A DNA stretch of 64,000 bases from an uncultured Gemmatimonadales bacterium (GCA_963701965.1 OY969695.1:1472001-1536000); one strand, 5' to 3'; numbered from the stretch's first letter, positions 44,160 through 55,061 are shown. Translations and numbers: made by a program. Notes: generated from the letters alone by a model not told the origin.

Positions 44160-44187
44160 TTGACACACAGCCCCTGACACCTACCTT
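44160..44187 (+). promoter_or_regulatory. sigma70 promoter of coaE (leaderless-type)
   Basis: TTGACA-N16-TACCTT, 7 nt upstream of ATG 44195. Confidence 0.7.
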
Positions 44188-44194
44188 GGGATTT

Positions 44195-44824
44195 ATGACG
44201 CTGATTGTCGGTCTCACTGGCAATATTGCCAGTGGAAAGACCACGGTTGCACGACTCTTCTCGGAACGAGGAGCAACGATCATCGACGCCGACGTGCTTG
44301 CCCGTCGCGCCGTCGAGCCTGGTACGCCTGCGTTCGACCAGATTGTCGAACGATGGGGCAGCGATGTCGTCGCCGTGGACGGTCTCCTCGACCGCTCGGC
44401 CCTGCGCCATCGGGTGTTCCCGAGCCACGAAGAGCTCGAGGAGCTGAACCAGATCGTCCATCCCGAGATCACGCGTCTCCGGAATCGCCTCCTGCGCGAC
44501 GCTCAAAATCGGGGCGACCGCATCGTGGTGTATGATCTCCCGCTCTTGTTCGAGCGCAAGCTGGCCAATGAGTTCAATCGCATCGTGCTCGTGGACGCGC
44601 CCCGTCCGTTGCGGCTGGACCGCTTGGTCCACGACCGCGGTCTCGACGAGACGGACGCGCTGGACATGATCGCCGCCCAGATGCCCGCCGAGTTGAAGCG
44701 CGCCCGCGCGGATTTCGTCATCGACAACGCCGGTACACTGAACGACCTGGAAGGTCGGGTCGTGTCGGTCTGGGCCGAGCTGGAGCGCGAAGCGGATTCG
44801 CTCGTCTCCCCCGTATCCATCTGA
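44195..44824 (+). CDS. coaE: Dephospho-CoA kinase
   Basis: IVGLTGNIASGKTTV, IIDADVLAR, LNQIVHP, DLPLLFE, ADFVIDN. Confidence 0.96.
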   Translation: MTLIVGLTGNIASGKTTVARLFSERGATIIDADVLARRAVEPGTPAFDQIVERWGSDVVAVDGLLDRSALRHRVFPSHEELEELNQIVHPEITRLRNRLLRDAQNRGDRIVVYDLPLLFERKLANEFNRIVLVDAPRPLRLDRLVHDRGLDETDALDMIAAQMPAELKRARADFVIDNAGTLNDLEGRVVSVWAELEREADSLVSPVSI

Positions 44825-44850
44825 TCTACCTGATCCACCTGATCTCTCTG
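44815..44850. repeat. 4 x 9-bp tandem repeat spanning the coaE stop and the gcvH upstream region
   Basis: atccatctg / atctacctg / atccacctg / atctctctg. Confidence 0.8.
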
Positions 44851-44851
44851 A

Positions 44852-45241
44852 ATGGCTTCCAAAATTCCTGCAGACCTGATGTACACGACCGAGCACGAGT
44901 ACATCCGGACGAACGGCAACGGCGGCGCGCGCGTCGGCATCACGGACTACGCCCAGGGCGAGCTCGGCGACATCGTCTTTGTCGAGCTGCCGAAAGTCGG
45001 CACCACCCTCGCGGCCCACGACGTCTTCGGCACGGTTGAAGCCGTCAAGGCCGTGTCCGAGCTCATGTCGCCCATTGCCGGGACCGTGACCGCCGTCAAC
45101 GTGCGCCTCGATAAAGAACCGGCCCTCGTCAACACCGATCCGTACGGCGACGGGTGGATGATCGAGATCAAACCGGCCAATGCGAAGGCCCAGGGCGGGT
45201 TGATGACCGCTGGGGAGTACGCGAAGCACGTCGGTGACTGA
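44852..45241 (+). CDS. gcvH: Glycine cleavage system H protein
   Basis: YTTEHEY, VGITDYAQGELGDIVFVELP, lipoyl-Lys motif VEAVKAVSEL, VNTDPYGDGW. Confidence 0.96.
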   Translation: MASKIPADLMYTTEHEYIRTNGNGGARVGITDYAQGELGDIVFVELPKVGTTLAAHDVFGTVEAVKAVSELMSPIAGTVTAVNVRLDKEPALVNTDPYGDGWMIEIKPANAKAQGGLMTAGEYAKHVGD

Positions 45242-45974
45242 CGGCTGGCGGCTCTTGGTCACGGAGCCGCTCCCGGGTGCGGACAACATGGCGCTGGACC
45301 ACGCACTGGTGCGGCGCGCGGCGCGCACCGGTGAGCGCGTCATTCGCGTGTACCGCTGGTCCCGGCCCACACTGTCCTTGGGCCGCAACCAACCGGCCCG
45401 GGGGTATTTCGATCCCGATCGGGCGCGGGAGTTGGGCATCGGCATCGTCCGTCGGCCGACCGGTGGTCGCGCGCTCCTGCACGATCGCGAGCTGACGTAC
45501 AGCGTCACGGTCCCCGCGGGCGACCGCCCGCGCGCCGTCTATGCCGCGGTCAATGCCATGTTGGTGGCGGCCCTTCGCCGACTCGGCGTGGAGGTGAGCA
45601 TCATCGCAACCGGCGCTTCCGCGCCCTCGGATGCCCCATGCTTCGATACGCCGGCCGCCGGGGAGTTGGCGTACGCCGGGCGGAAGCTGGCGGGCAGCGC
45701 GCAGTGGCGCGAGGGCGCTGGACTGCTGCAGCACGGGTCGATTCTCATCGACGACGACCAAGGGCTGATCGAGCGCCTGCGATCGGTACCAGGCCTGGTC
45801 ACGCCGGCGGCCACCCTGCGCGCGGCGCTCGGTCGTGCGCCCGGCGCCGAGGAGCTGGCCGACGCATTCGCGAGGACCGTTGGCGCGGTGCCATTGGTTG
45901 ACGGGGCCCTCGGCGCCGAGGCAAGGCAATTGCGAGCCCTCTACGACGACGACGCGTGGACGTGGCGGCGCTGA
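45234..45974 (+). CDS. Lipoate-protein ligase A family (LipM-like octanoyltransferase)
   Basis: NMALDHAL, PTLSLGRNQ, VRRPTGGRALLHDRELTYS, CFDTPAAGEL, KLAGSAQ, LQHGSI. No C-terminal LplA accessory domain. Confidence 0.88.
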   Translation: MTDGWRLLVTEPLPGADNMALDHALVRRAARTGERVIRVYRWSRPTLSLGRNQPARGYFDPDRARELGIGIVRRPTGGRALLHDRELTYSVTVPAGDRPRAVYAAVNAMLVAALRRLGVEVSIIATGASAPSDAPCFDTPAAGELAYAGRKLAGSAQWREGAGLLQHGSILIDDDQGLIERLRSVPGLVTPAATLRAALGRAPGAEELADAFARTVGAVPLVDGALGAEARQLRALYDDDAWTWRR

Positions 45975-46042
45975 GACGTCCCACGCTGGTCGTTCGTCTC
46001 ATAGCTTGACGGCTACCCATACCCGGATCACTATTGCCCGCT

Positions 46043-47695
46043 ATGCAACGGCGCCGGCTCGTGACGACGGCACTGCTGGCGATCGGCGCTATGGTTAGCG
46101 CGTGCCGTGATGCCGACCGCGCCCTGACGGGGAGCGGAAAGATCGGTGGCACCATCGTCTTCACGACCCCCGCCAACCCCGAAAGCCTGCTCCCCCCCGC
46201 GATCGTCGGTCAGCAAGCCAGCCCGATCGTCGAGATGTTGTTCGACTACCTCGCCGACCCGGACGACAGCATGCACGTGGTCGGCGACCACGGATTCACG
46301 CCCCGCCTCGCCGATCACTGGACCTGGGCGCCCGACTCGCTGTCCATCGCGTTCCACGTGGACCCGCGCGCCCGGTGGCACGACGGCGTGCCCGTCCGTT
46401 CGGCCGACGTGGCCTACACGTATCACTTGTACCGCAGTCCGGGAATGGGATCCACCGTCGCGGCCAGTTTCGCCCAGATGGACTCCGTCTCGACGCCGGA
46501 CTCGCTGACCGCGGTCTTCTGGTTCAAGCGCCGCTACCCGCTCCAGTTCTACGACGCCGCCAATTCGCTGCGCATCTGCCCGGCGCACCTCCTGGCCAAG
46601 ACACCGGTCGCCGACCTCCGGGCATCGGAGTTTGCCCGCCACCCGATCGGAACCGGGCGATACCGGTTTGTGCGCTGGCTGCCGAACGAGTTGATCGAGA
46701 TCGTCGCCGACACGGCGAATTATCGGGGACGGCCGAACATTGATCGGTTGGTGTGGGACATTGCCCCGACCTATCAGGCCTCCCTCGTCAAGCTGTACTC
46801 GGGCGAGGCCGACATGCTGGAGATCGTGCATCCCGACGACGCGGCCGACGTCACCAAGCACGGGCTGCGCACCGTCGTGTACCCGCAGCCGGCATACGGA
46901 TTCCTGGGCTTCAATCTCCGCCGGCCGATCTTCGCCGATCGCGGCGTCCGGCTGGCATTGGCGATGGCGCTCGATCGCCAGTCAATGGTGCGTAATGTGC
47001 TCGACACCCTGGGGTACGTGGGCCGTGGCCCATTCTCGCGCCTCGACCTGATCGGGGACTCGACCATCGCGCAGATCCCCTACGACACGGCGCGGGCGGG
47101 CCGGCTGCTCGACTCGCTGGGGTGGCGTCGTGGGCCGAGCGGTATCCGGACGCGCGGCGGTCGCACGCTGGCCTTCGAGGTCCTCGTCCCCTCGTCCAGC
47201 AAGTTCCGCATGCGGATGGCGGATCTGATCCAGGACCAACTCCAGCGTATCGGTGTCAGCGCGTCGCCGCGGACGTTCGAGCAGTCCGTGGTGCTGGGAC
47301 GCATCGCGGCGCACGATTTCGACGCGACCATCCAGACCTGGATCAGCGATCTGACCCCGAACGCGCCGAACGAATCGTGGAGCACGGAAGCCCAGACCAA
47401 CGGCATCAACTATTTCGGCTACTCGAATCCCATCGCCGATGCGGCGATCGATAGCGGGGTGGTCGAGATGGATCCCGGGCGCGCGGCGGCGCATTTCCAC
47501 CACGCGTTCGCGGTGATCGCGGCCGACGTGCCGGCGGTGTGGCTCTACGAGCCCCGGACGGTGGCCGCGATCAACGGCCGCATTCACACCGCGGCCTTCC
47601 GCCCCGATGGCTGGTGGATCCGGCTCGCGGACTGGTACATCCCGGCGGGCGAGCGCACGGCGCGCGATCGCGTCGGACTGGCCGCGGCCCGCTGA
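46043..47695 (+). CDS. Peptide/nickel ABC transporter substrate-binding lipoprotein (family 5)
   Basis: Lipobox MVSAC, PRLADHW, ARWHDGVPVRSADVAYT, PIGTGRYRF, VRLALAMALDR. Confidence 0.92.
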   Translation: MQRRRLVTTALLAIGAMVSACRDADRALTGSGKIGGTIVFTTPANPESLLPPAIVGQQASPIVEMLFDYLADPDDSMHVVGDHGFTPRLADHWTWAPDSLSIAFHVDPRARWHDGVPVRSADVAYTYHLYRSPGMGSTVAASFAQMDSVSTPDSLTAVFWFKRRYPLQFYDAANSLRICPAHLLAKTPVADLRASEFARHPIGTGRYRFVRWLPNELIEIVADTANYRGRPNIDRLVWDIAPTYQASLVKLYSGEADMLEIVHPDDAADVTKHGLRTVVYPQPAYGFLGFNLRRPIFADRGVRLALAMALDRQSMVRNVLDTLGYVGRGPFSRLDLIGDSTIAQIPYDTARAGRLLDSLGWRRGPSGIRTRGGRTLAFEVLVPSSSKFRMRMADLIQDQLQRIGVSASPRTFEQSVVLGRIAAHDFDATIQTWISDLTPNAPNESWSTEAQTNGINYFGYSNPIADAAIDSGVVEMDPGRAAAHFHHAFAVIAADVPAVWLYEPRTVAAINGRIHTAAFRPDGWWIRLADWYIPAGERTARDRVGLAAAR

Positions 47696-48684
47696 TCGCA
47701 CCGGACCGGCGGCTCGGCGCGCTCGCGGCACGCGCCGGCCGCAAGGCGCGCGACGCGCTCATTGTCCTCTGGCTGGTCGCCACGTTCACGTTCGGCTTGA
47801 TCGCGCTCGCGCCCGGCGATCCGTGCGCGACCGACGACCCGCGCGTCACGGTCGCCGTACTGAAGGCCTGCCGGGTGCGGCTCGGCCTCGACGGCCCGTT
47901 GCTCCCCCGGTATACCGCATTCCTGGCGCATGCGGCGCGCGGAGACCTGGGCATATCGTTTCTGACGCAGCGACCGGTCGCCGAGATGATCGGCGATGCG
48001 CTGCCCAACACGCTGCTGCTCATGGGCGTCGCCATCGCTCTCAGCGTGGTCGCCGGTCTGGCGGTGGGCATCCTCCAGAGCGTATGGCCCCGCGCCATCG
48101 GCAGCCGCATCGCGGCGGCGATCTCGCTGGCGCTCTATTCGCTGCCCGACTTCTGGCTGGCGCAAGTCGCGCTGCTCGTCTTCGCCTACACGATCCCGAT
48201 CTTCCCGGCGGGAGGGACCGTGGCCCCCGTCGTCCACGACTATCTCGGTTTCGGGGGGCGCATCGCCGACCGGCTGTATCATCTCCTCCTGCCGGCGCTG
48301 ACCCTGGCGGCGCTCAACACCGCCTGGATCGCGCGCTATCAGCGCGGCGCGCTGCTCGAGGTGGCGCACGAAGACTACATGCGCACCGCCCGGGCCAAGG
48401 GTTTGCGCGAGCGCGACGTGATCCTCCGTCACGCGCTGCGCAATGCGCTGCTGCCGCTGATCACGAACATCGGACTCTCCCTGCCCGCGCTCCTCGGCGG
48501 CGCGTTATTCGTGGAGCAGGTATTCGCCTGGCCCGGGATGGGCCGCCTGGCATTCTACGCCATTTATACGCGCGACGCGCCGGTCGTCCTGGGCTGCGCC
48601 GTCATCGCCAGTGTAGCCGTCGTCACGGGCAGCTTCCTGGCCGACCTGCTGTACGCCGTCGCCGACCCGCGCCTCCGTGCATAG
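47692..48684 (+). CDS. Peptide ABC transporter permease (DppB/OppB-like); start uncertain
   Basis: APGDP, GDLGISF, LPNTLLL, EDYMRTARAKGL...HALRNALLP, VEQVFAWPGMG. Confidence 0.9.
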   Translation: MIAPDRRLGALAARAGRKARDALIVLWLVATFTFGLIALAPGDPCATDDPRVTVAVLKACRVRLGLDGPLLPRYTAFLAHAARGDLGISFLTQRPVAEMIGDALPNTLLLMGVAIALSVVAGLAVGILQSVWPRAIGSRIAAAISLALYSLPDFWLAQVALLVFAYTIPIFPAGGTVAPVVHDYLGFGGRIADRLYHLLLPALTLAALNTAWIARYQRGALLEVAHEDYMRTARAKGLRERDVILRHALRNALLPLITNIGLSLPALLGGALFVEQVFAWPGMGRLAFYAIYTRDAPVVLGCAVIASVAVVTGSFLADLLYAVADPRLRA

Positions 48685-49543
48685 ATCGGCGGGTCCGTGG
48701 CACGCGGCCGCCCGGCGCTTGAGCCGCGATCCCGTCGTGCTCACCGCGACGAGCGTGCTGGTGGTCATCGTCGCGGCGGCGGTGCTGGCGCCGATCCTGG
48801 CGCCCCACGATCCCAATCGCCAGCTCGACATCGTCGCCCTCAAGGATCTGCCGCCATCACGCGCTTTCCCGTTCGGCACCGACCCGGTCTCCCGCGACGT
48901 CCTCTCCCGCGTGCTCTACGGCGGGCGGGTTTCGTTGCTGGTCGGATTTCTGGCGGCGCTGGGCGGCACGGTGATCGGGACGGCGTACGGCGCCATCGCG
49001 GGATTTACCGGCGGGCCGGTGGACAACGCGATGATGCGTCTCGTCGATGCCGGGATGGCGGTGCCGCGCGTGTTGCTCATCCTCGCCGTGGTGGCGCTCT
49101 GGGGCGGCGCGTCGACGCCGGCGCTCATCCTGTTGCTGGCCGCGACCGGCTGGTTGCCGATCAGCCGCCTGGTGCGGGCCGAGGTCATCGGCGTCTCCGC
49201 CCGCGAGTTCGCGATGGCCGCGCGCGCGCTCGGCGTCGGGCGCGCCCGCACCCTGGTGCGCCACATCCTCCCCAACGTGATGTCACCGGTAATCGTGGCC
49301 ACGACGCTCAGCGTCGGGAACGTGATTCTGCTCGAGGCCGGACTCTCGTTCATCGGCGTCGGCATTCAACCACCCCAGGCCAGCTGGGGAAACATCATGC
49401 AGGCGGGCGCGGACCGGCTGGTCGGTCTCTGGTGGATGTCGGTCTTTCCGGGCGTCGCCATCGTCACGACGGTGATGGCGATCAACGTGCTCGGCGACCG
49501 CTTGCGGGATGCCTTGGACCCGCGCGAGCTTCCGCCGCGGTGA
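48677..49543 (+). CDS. Peptide ABC transporter permease (DppC/OppC-like)
   Basis: [45 protein letters not shown]. Confidence 0.93.
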   Translation: MHRSAGPWHAAARRLSRDPVVLTATSVLVVIVAAAVLAPILAPHDPNRQLDIVALKDLPPSRAFPFGTDPVSRDVLSRVLYGGRVSLLVGFLAALGGTVIGTAYGAIAGFTGGPVDNAMMRLVDAGMAVPRVLLILAVVALWGGASTPALILLLAATGWLPISRLVRAEVIGVSAREFAMAARALGVGRARTLVRHILPNVMSPVIVATTLSVGNVILLEAGLSFIGVGIQPPQASWGNIMQAGADRLVGLWWMSVFPGVAIVTTVMAINVLGDRLRDALDPRELPPR

Positions 49544-50526
49544 GTACGCTCCTGTCGGTCCACGACCTTCGCACCGTTTTCGACACGGACGCCGGCGTGG
49601 CGCGCGCCGTCGACGGCGTGTCGTTCGACGTCGCCAGCGGCGAGAGCGTGGGCGTCGTGGGCGAGTCGGGCTGCGGCAAGTCGGTGACGGCGTTCTCCGT
49701 CCTGCGCCTCATCCGCCCGCCCGGCCGCATCGACGCCAGCAGCCGGATCCTGTTCGACGGCGCCGACCTGCTGGCGCTCGACGACGAGGCCTTGCGCCGC
49801 ATCCGGGGCGACCGGATCGCGATGATCTTCCAGGAGCCGATGACGGCGCTCAACCCGGTCCTCCGCGTCGGCGACCAGATCGCGGAGGTCGTGCGTGCCC
49901 ACACGTCCGCTTCCGCGCGCGAAGCGCGCGAGCGCGCCGTCGAGATGCTCCGCCTGGTCGGGCTCGCCGATCCCGCCGTCCGCGCCACGCAGTATCCGCA
50001 CCAGCTCTCCGGCGGCACGCGCCAACGCGTCATGATCGGGATGGCGCTGGTGATGCACCCGGCATTGGTCATCGCCGACGAGCCGACGACGGCGCTCGAC
50101 GTCACGGTGCAGGCCCAGATCCTCGCGCTCTTGCACGACCTGCGATCGCGGCTCGACATGGCGCTGCTGCTCATCACGCACGACCTGGGCGTGATCGCCG
50201 AATCCACGTCGCGCGTCATTGTGATGTACGCCGGCGAGATCGTCGAGGAAGCGCCGGTCGCGGCGCTGTTCGATGCCCCGCAGCACCCGTATACCGAGGG
50301 GCTGCTGCGGGCGGTCCCTTCCCCGACGGCCGGCGATGGCTCCCGGCGCCTGGCCGTCATCCCCGGCTCGGTGCCACCCGCCACCCACTGGCCGGACGGC
50401 TGCCGGTTCCGGGAGCGGTGTCCGCACGCGTGGGACCGCTGCGCCGCGGAGCATCCCCCGCTGTACGCGATCGCCCCCGGGCGCGTCTCGCGATGTCACC
50501 TGGCCGACGAGCCGGGGCGCCGGTGA
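49540..50526 (+). CDS. Peptide ABC transporter ATPase (DppD/OppD-like)
   Basis: [37 protein letters not shown]-terminal CRFRERC motif. Confidence 0.94.
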   Translation: MSTLLSVHDLRTVFDTDAGVARAVDGVSFDVASGESVGVVGESGCGKSVTAFSVLRLIRPPGRIDASSRILFDGADLLALDDEALRRIRGDRIAMIFQEPMTALNPVLRVGDQIAEVVRAHTSASAREARERAVEMLRLVGLADPAVRATQYPHQLSGGTRQRVMIGMALVMHPALVIADEPTTALDVTVQAQILALLHDLRSRLDMALLLITHDLGVIAESTSRVIVMYAGEIVEEAPVAALFDAPQHPYTEGLLRAVPSPTAGDGSRRLAVIPGSVPPATHWPDGCRFRERCPHAWDRCAAEHPPLYAIAPGRVSRCHLADEPGRR

Positions 50527-51467
50527 CGCTCGTCCGCGTCCGCGACTTGGTCAAGCACTACGGGGCGACGCGCGCCGTCGACGGCGTGTCGTTCGAGATC
50601 GCGCGGGGCGAGACCCTGGCGTTGGTCGGCGAATCGGGGTCGGGGAAGACGACGACGGGCCGGGCGACCCTTCGCCTGCTGGAGCCGACGGCCGGCCGGA
50701 TCACGTTCGACGGCATCGATCTGGGCGGCCTGCGACCGGGCGAGCTGCGGCGGCTCCGCCGGCGCATGCAACTCGTCTTCCAGGACCCCTACGCCTCGCT
50801 CAACCCGCGGATGACGGTCGGCGCGATCATTCGCGAGGGACTGGTCATTCACCAGCTGGCGCAGGGCGCCGCGGCCGACGCGCGGGTCCGCGCGTTGTTG
50901 GACGAAGTCGGACTCCGGCCGGAGGCCGCGACCCGGTACCCCCACGAGTTTTCGGGCGGACAACGCCAGCGCGTCGGTATCGCCCGGGCGCTCGCCGTGG
51001 GGCCGGATTTCATCGTATGCGACGAGCCGGTGGCGATGCTCGACGTCTCGGTCCAAGCGCAGGTGATCAACCTGCTGATGGATCTGCAGCAGCAGCGCGG
51101 CCTCACGTATCTCTTCATCGCCCACGACCTCTCGGTGGTGGCGCACGTGGCGACGCGCGTGGCCGTGATGTATCTGGGTCGGATCGTCGAAATGGCACCC
51201 ACCAGCGACCTGTTTCGCGATCCGATCATGCCCTACACCCGGGCGCTGCTGTCGGCCGTGCCCGTCGCCGATCCCCATAGCCGGCGCCACCGGATCGTGC
51301 TGCCGGGCGAACCGCCGTCCCCCGCGCACCCGCCCACGGGTTGCGTCTTCCATCCCCGCTGCCCGCACCCGCGCAAGGACGACGCCTGCACCCGCGTCGT
51401 GCCTCCGCTCGAGGAAAAGGCGAGGGGTCACTGGGCCGCGTGCCTCAAGGAGCCGATGCGCTCATGA
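50523..51467 (+). CDS. Peptide ABC transporter ATPase (DppF/OppF-like)
   Basis: [47 protein letters not shown]. Confidence 0.94.
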   Translation: MTLVRVRDLVKHYGATRAVDGVSFEIARGETLALVGESGSGKTTTGRATLRLLEPTAGRITFDGIDLGGLRPGELRRLRRRMQLVFQDPYASLNPRMTVGAIIREGLVIHQLAQGAAADARVRALLDEVGLRPEAATRYPHEFSGGQRQRVGIARALAVGPDFIVCDEPVAMLDVSVQAQVINLLMDLQQQRGLTYLFIAHDLSVVAHVATRVAVMYLGRIVEMAPTSDLFRDPIMPYTRALLSAVPVADPHSRRHRIVLPGEPPSPAHPPTGCVFHPRCPHPRKDDACTRVVPPLEEKARGHWAACLKEPMRS

Positions 51468-52792
51468 CGGAAAGGACCTTCTTCGGACATCCGCGCGGGC
51501 TCGCCGTGTTGTTCGCCGCCGAGATGTGGGAGCGCTTCTCGTACTACGGGATGCGGGCGATTCTCGTGCTCTACATGGTCCACGTGCTGCAGTATCCCGA
51601 CGCGCAGGCCTCGCACGTCTACGGCCTGTACACGGGACTCGTGTGGCTGACGCCCATCGTGGGGGGATGGCTCGCCGACCGCGTGTTCGGCACCCGCCGC
51701 TCCCTGGTGATCGGAGGGTTGATCATCGCGGCCGGGCATTTCGTTCTGGCGATTCCCTCGCCCGCGTCCTTCTATCCGGGTCTCGCGCTCGTCGTGTTGG
51801 GGACCGGGTTGTTCAAACCCAATGCGTCCACAATGGTGGGGCAGCTGTACACGCCCGGCGATCGCCGGCGTGATGCGGGATTCACGATCTTCTACATCGG
51901 CATCAACCTGGGCGGGGCGATCGCGCCGCTCATCTGTGGGGCGCTCGCCCAAAAGGTCAACTGGCACTACGGGTTCGGCGCCGCGGGCGTGGGGATGCTC
52001 TTGGGCCTGGCCACCTTCGTGTGGCTGCGCGACAAGTACCTGCCCGGCATCGGCCTCGCGCCACAGGAGCGGCCCCGCACCACGGTCGTCGAGACGAGCG
52101 GACCGCTGACGGCCGACGAGCGGCGGCGCCTGGTGGCGCTGGCGATCGTGTTCGTGTTCGCCGCCGTGTTCTGGACCGGCTACGAGCAAGCGGGCAGCTC
52201 GCTCAATCTGTTCGCCGACCGGTACATCGATCTCAACGTCGGGTCGTTCGCCATCCCGTCGTCGTGGTTCCAGTCCCTGCCCTCGATTTTTGTGCTGCTT
52301 TTCGCGGGCATCTTTGCGGCCCTGTGGCAGTGGCTCGGTCGGCGGAACGCCGAGCCTTCGACGGCGCTCAAGATGGTGATGAGCCTCGTGCTTCTCGGGC
52401 TGGCGTTCGGGTTCATGATCCTCGCGGGACGGCAGACCGACACGTGCCTCGCGGCGCATGCCGCGAACCAGTGCGCCGTCGTGGCCCCGGGTTGGCTCGT
52501 GACGACGTACCTGGTCAGTGTCTTGGGCGAGTTGTGCCTCTCGCCGGTCGGCCTGTCCTACGTCTCCAAGGTGGCGCCGGCGCGATTCGCCGCCGTCTCC
52601 ATGGGCGCGTTCTTTCTGACCAACGCCATCGGGAGCTATGCCGGTGGTTGGTTGGCGGGGCTGTCGGCCAGCATTCCCTCGATGGCGCGATTCTTCAGCA
52701 TCTTCACTGTGCTGTCACTCGCCGCGGGGGCCATCATGTTCCTCTGCGTGCCGCTCCTCAAGCGCCTGACCGCGTCGATCACGGATAGTTGA
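51464..52792 (+). CDS. POT-family proton-dependent di/tripeptide transporter
   Basis: FFGHPRGL, ExxERFxYY motif ([10 protein letters not shown]), [30 protein letters not shown]. Confidence 0.95.
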   Translation: MTERTFFGHPRGLAVLFAAEMWERFSYYGMRAILVLYMVHVLQYPDAQASHVYGLYTGLVWLTPIVGGWLADRVFGTRRSLVIGGLIIAAGHFVLAIPSPASFYPGLALVVLGTGLFKPNASTMVGQLYTPGDRRRDAGFTIFYIGINLGGAIAPLICGALAQKVNWHYGFGAAGVGMLLGLATFVWLRDKYLPGIGLAPQERPRTTVVETSGPLTADERRRLVALAIVFVFAAVFWTGYEQAGSSLNLFADRYIDLNVGSFAIPSSWFQSLPSIFVLLFAGIFAALWQWLGRRNAEPSTALKMVMSLVLLGLAFGFMILAGRQTDTCLAAHAANQCAVVAPGWLVTTYLVSVLGELCLSPVGLSYVSKVAPARFAAVSMGAFFLTNAIGSYAGGWLAGLSASIPSMARFFSIFTVLSLAAGAIMFLCVPLLKRLTASITDS

Positions 52793-54554
52793 AGATGCTG
52801 GCGGGAACCACGGGCTCGCGGGCGTGCGCAATGTCCTGGGGCTCGAGGTAGAACGTGTAGGACGTATACGTGAAGTTCACGGTCGAGAATCGGAGCTCGA
52901 TGCCGTGCACGTGGGGCTCGCCGGTGACGGGGAACGCCAGATCCAACCGATACAGGCGGCGCGAACGCGGTGGGATCGCGATGAGGAGTCCGACGCCGGC
53001 GCCGACGGTGACCGGCGTCGTTACGCCGAACGGCGTGTCTTGCGCCCACAGCTTGCCGGCATCGATGAAGGGCGCGATGCCAAACTGGACCAATTGGCGA
53101 AATGGCGGCAGGGCCCAGTGTTCCTCGAAGCGGGTCACGGAGCGCTCGCCGCCCGCGGATTGGGAGGCGAGGTATCCGCGAACGCCTCCGCGAAATTGCG
53201 CGAATCCGAGTTGGAGCGGGATGCGTTGCTTGAGCGCCAAGCCGTATTCTTCATCGAGAATGAAGACGTGATCCACCGACGGCTTCCAGTAGAGGGCGCC
53301 GCGGCCGCTCACCAGGATCCCGTCCCAGCCACTGGTGACGTTGTTCTCGCGGCCCTCGCCCTGAATCTGAATGCCCGCGAGGAATCGGTCGGTCCCCGTG
53401 CCGGCATAGACCGCTGAGCCGAGGAACGTGTCTTCGCCGCGCGAGCCAAGAGCCGCCAGGCTGTGCCCGAAGAACGTTCCGAACTGCAGTCCTTGGCGGA
53501 AGTCCTGGTCGCCCGATAGCGCGTCGAATCCCGAGACCCGACGAAAGGCGATGTCGCGAAAACCCCAGAGGATGTTCACGCGACCGGTCTGCGTCGGGCG
53601 GCCGAACCGGCCCGTCAACTCCGACGCCGTCACCGCCGACGTGTCGGGACGAATGCCGGAGTCGCCGACGATCACCGGCAGACGGGCGACCGCCTCCCGC
53701 TCCTGGGAAATGGACAGCCCGAACAGACTGAAGCGATGGGGCTCGCCGATCCGGACGATCCCGCCAACTTGCCAGTAGTTGCGCGTGAAATCGGAGGCCG
53801 GCAGATCGAAGTTGTTGGGAAAGGACGGGTTCTGATAGGTGTAGAAGACGCGTTGCGAGCCGCCGGACACGACCCACCCGAATCGCTGCAGATCGGTCAG
53901 GAAGGGATAGCTCAGGGTGGCATCCCACTGGCCGCCGGCGCGATCGCGAATGAAGTCGGCGCTCAGACGGTAGGGGCCGCCGAAGGCGGCGTAGTCGATG
54001 AAACTGAGCGCATACCGGTCGCGGTAGAACTGGTAGTAATGCCAGTCGACCGCGGCGGCGATGCCCTGCCCGGCGAGATTGCCTTCCCCGAGCAGCACGC
54101 GCGTCACGTAGGGCTCCGTGCTCTGGGCGTTGGCCCCCAGCAAGAGACCGATTTCATCGACGGTGAAGACGTCGATCCGCACGCCGCCGGCGCCGTCGTC
54201 GTACGCGGTGACGCGCGCCTCGGCCAAAAACGGCTGCGCGCGCAGGACGCGCTCGGTTTCCTCGAGGCCGATCGGTGTGCACCGATCGCCCACCCGCACC
54301 ACCAGAAATCGCCGAATGACCCGCCGCCGGGTGGTTGCGTGCAACGAGTTCAAGCGGCGGGCCACCCAGCGCCACTGGCCAGTGAGGCCGGCCCAGTAGG
54401 GCGGCTGCGGCCGCACGTCGATCGCCGAGATCAGCCGGCCGTCACACGCGGGGCGTGGGGCATTGGGCTCTTGCCCCCTCGCCACGATTGGCTGCGTCAC
54501 CGATTGCGCCGCGAGCGCGACACAGGCGGCGAGGGTCATCCGGCGCACCGGCAA
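52779..54554 (-). CDS. Omp85/BamA-TamA-like outer membrane protein with a POTRA-like domain
   Basis: Signal peptide. TTRRRVIRRFL...GD...LEETERVLRAQPFL (POTRA-like), GEGNLAGQG, VRGY motif, PFIDAGK, GAGVGL. Start uncertain. Confidence 0.75.
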   Translation of the reverse strand: MPVRRMTLAACVALAAQSVTQPIVARGQEPNAPRPACDGRLISAIDVRPQPPYWAGLTGQWRWVARRLNSLHATTRRRVIRRFLVVRVGDRCTPIGLEETERVLRAQPFLAEARVTAYDDGAGGVRIDVFTVDEIGLLLGANAQSTEPYVTRVLLGEGNLAGQGIAAAVDWHYYQFYRDRYALSFIDYAAFGGPYRLSADFIRDRAGGQWDATLSYPFLTDLQRFGWVVSGGSQRVFYTYQNPSFPNNFDLPASDFTRNYWQVGGIVRIGEPHRFSLFGLSISQEREAVARLPVIVGDSGIRPDTSAVTASELTGRFGRPTQTGRVNILWGFRDIAFRRVSGFDALSGDQDFRQGLQFGTFFGHSLAALGSRGEDTFLGSAVYAGTGTDRFLAGIQIQGEGRENNVTSGWDGILVSGRGALYWKPSVDHVFILDEEYGLALKQRIPLQLGFAQFRGGVRGYLASQSAGGERSVTRFEEHWALPPFRQLVQFGIAPFIDAGKLWAQDTPFGVTTPVTVGAGVGLLIAIPPRSRRLYRLDLAFPVTGEPHVHGIELRFSTVNFTYTSYTFYLEPQDIAHAREPVVPASIFNYP

Positions 54555-54563
54555 CCAATGCGT

Positions 54564-55061
54564 CTACTTTCCCATGCGGCGCTTGAGCGCCGCCAGACGC
54601 ATCTCGGCGTCCATGTCGGCGGCCTGCGCGCTGTGGGCGCTTGTCGCGTCGCGGCGCGTTGCGGCATCGGGATTGACACCTGCCGCGGCCAGCCTGAGCT
54701 CGGCAGTCATCTCGGCGACCTCGCGTTCGGCCAGCGCCAGCTCCGCCTCCTGGGCATCGCGCTTCCGCGTCAGGACCGCCACGCGGTCCACGTGCAGCCG
54801 CTCAAATCGCTCGGCGACGGCCACGGTCTCCGCATCGGCGATGCCGAGGGCCAACTGCTTCCGGCGACGGCAGGTCGCCAGCTCCTTTTCCTCGCGCTCG
54901 AGCTGCGCGCGGACCTCGGCGAGGCCCTCGCGCATGGCGCCCACGCTGACGCGGGCGTGGACCAGCGTCTCCTTCATCTGGGCCACGACGACGCGCCGCT
55001 CTTCGGGCGGCAGCGTTCCATCGACGAGGGCGCGCCACGACTGCCGCAGGTGCTCGAACAT
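54564..55061 (-). CDS. PspA/IM30-like coiled-coil protein (165 aa)
   Basis: Amphipathic N-terminal helix MFEHLRQSWRALVDG, long coiled coil, C-terminal DAEMRLAALKRRMGK. TATCGT 8 nt upstream. Confidence 0.65.
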   Translation of the reverse strand: MFEHLRQSWRALVDGTLPPEERRVVVAQMKETLVHARVSVGAMREGLAEVRAQLEREEKELATCRRRKQLALGIADAETVAVAERFERLHVDRVAVLTRKRDAQEAELALAEREVAEMTAELRLAAAGVNPDAATRRDATSAHSAQAADMDAEMRLAALKRRMGK

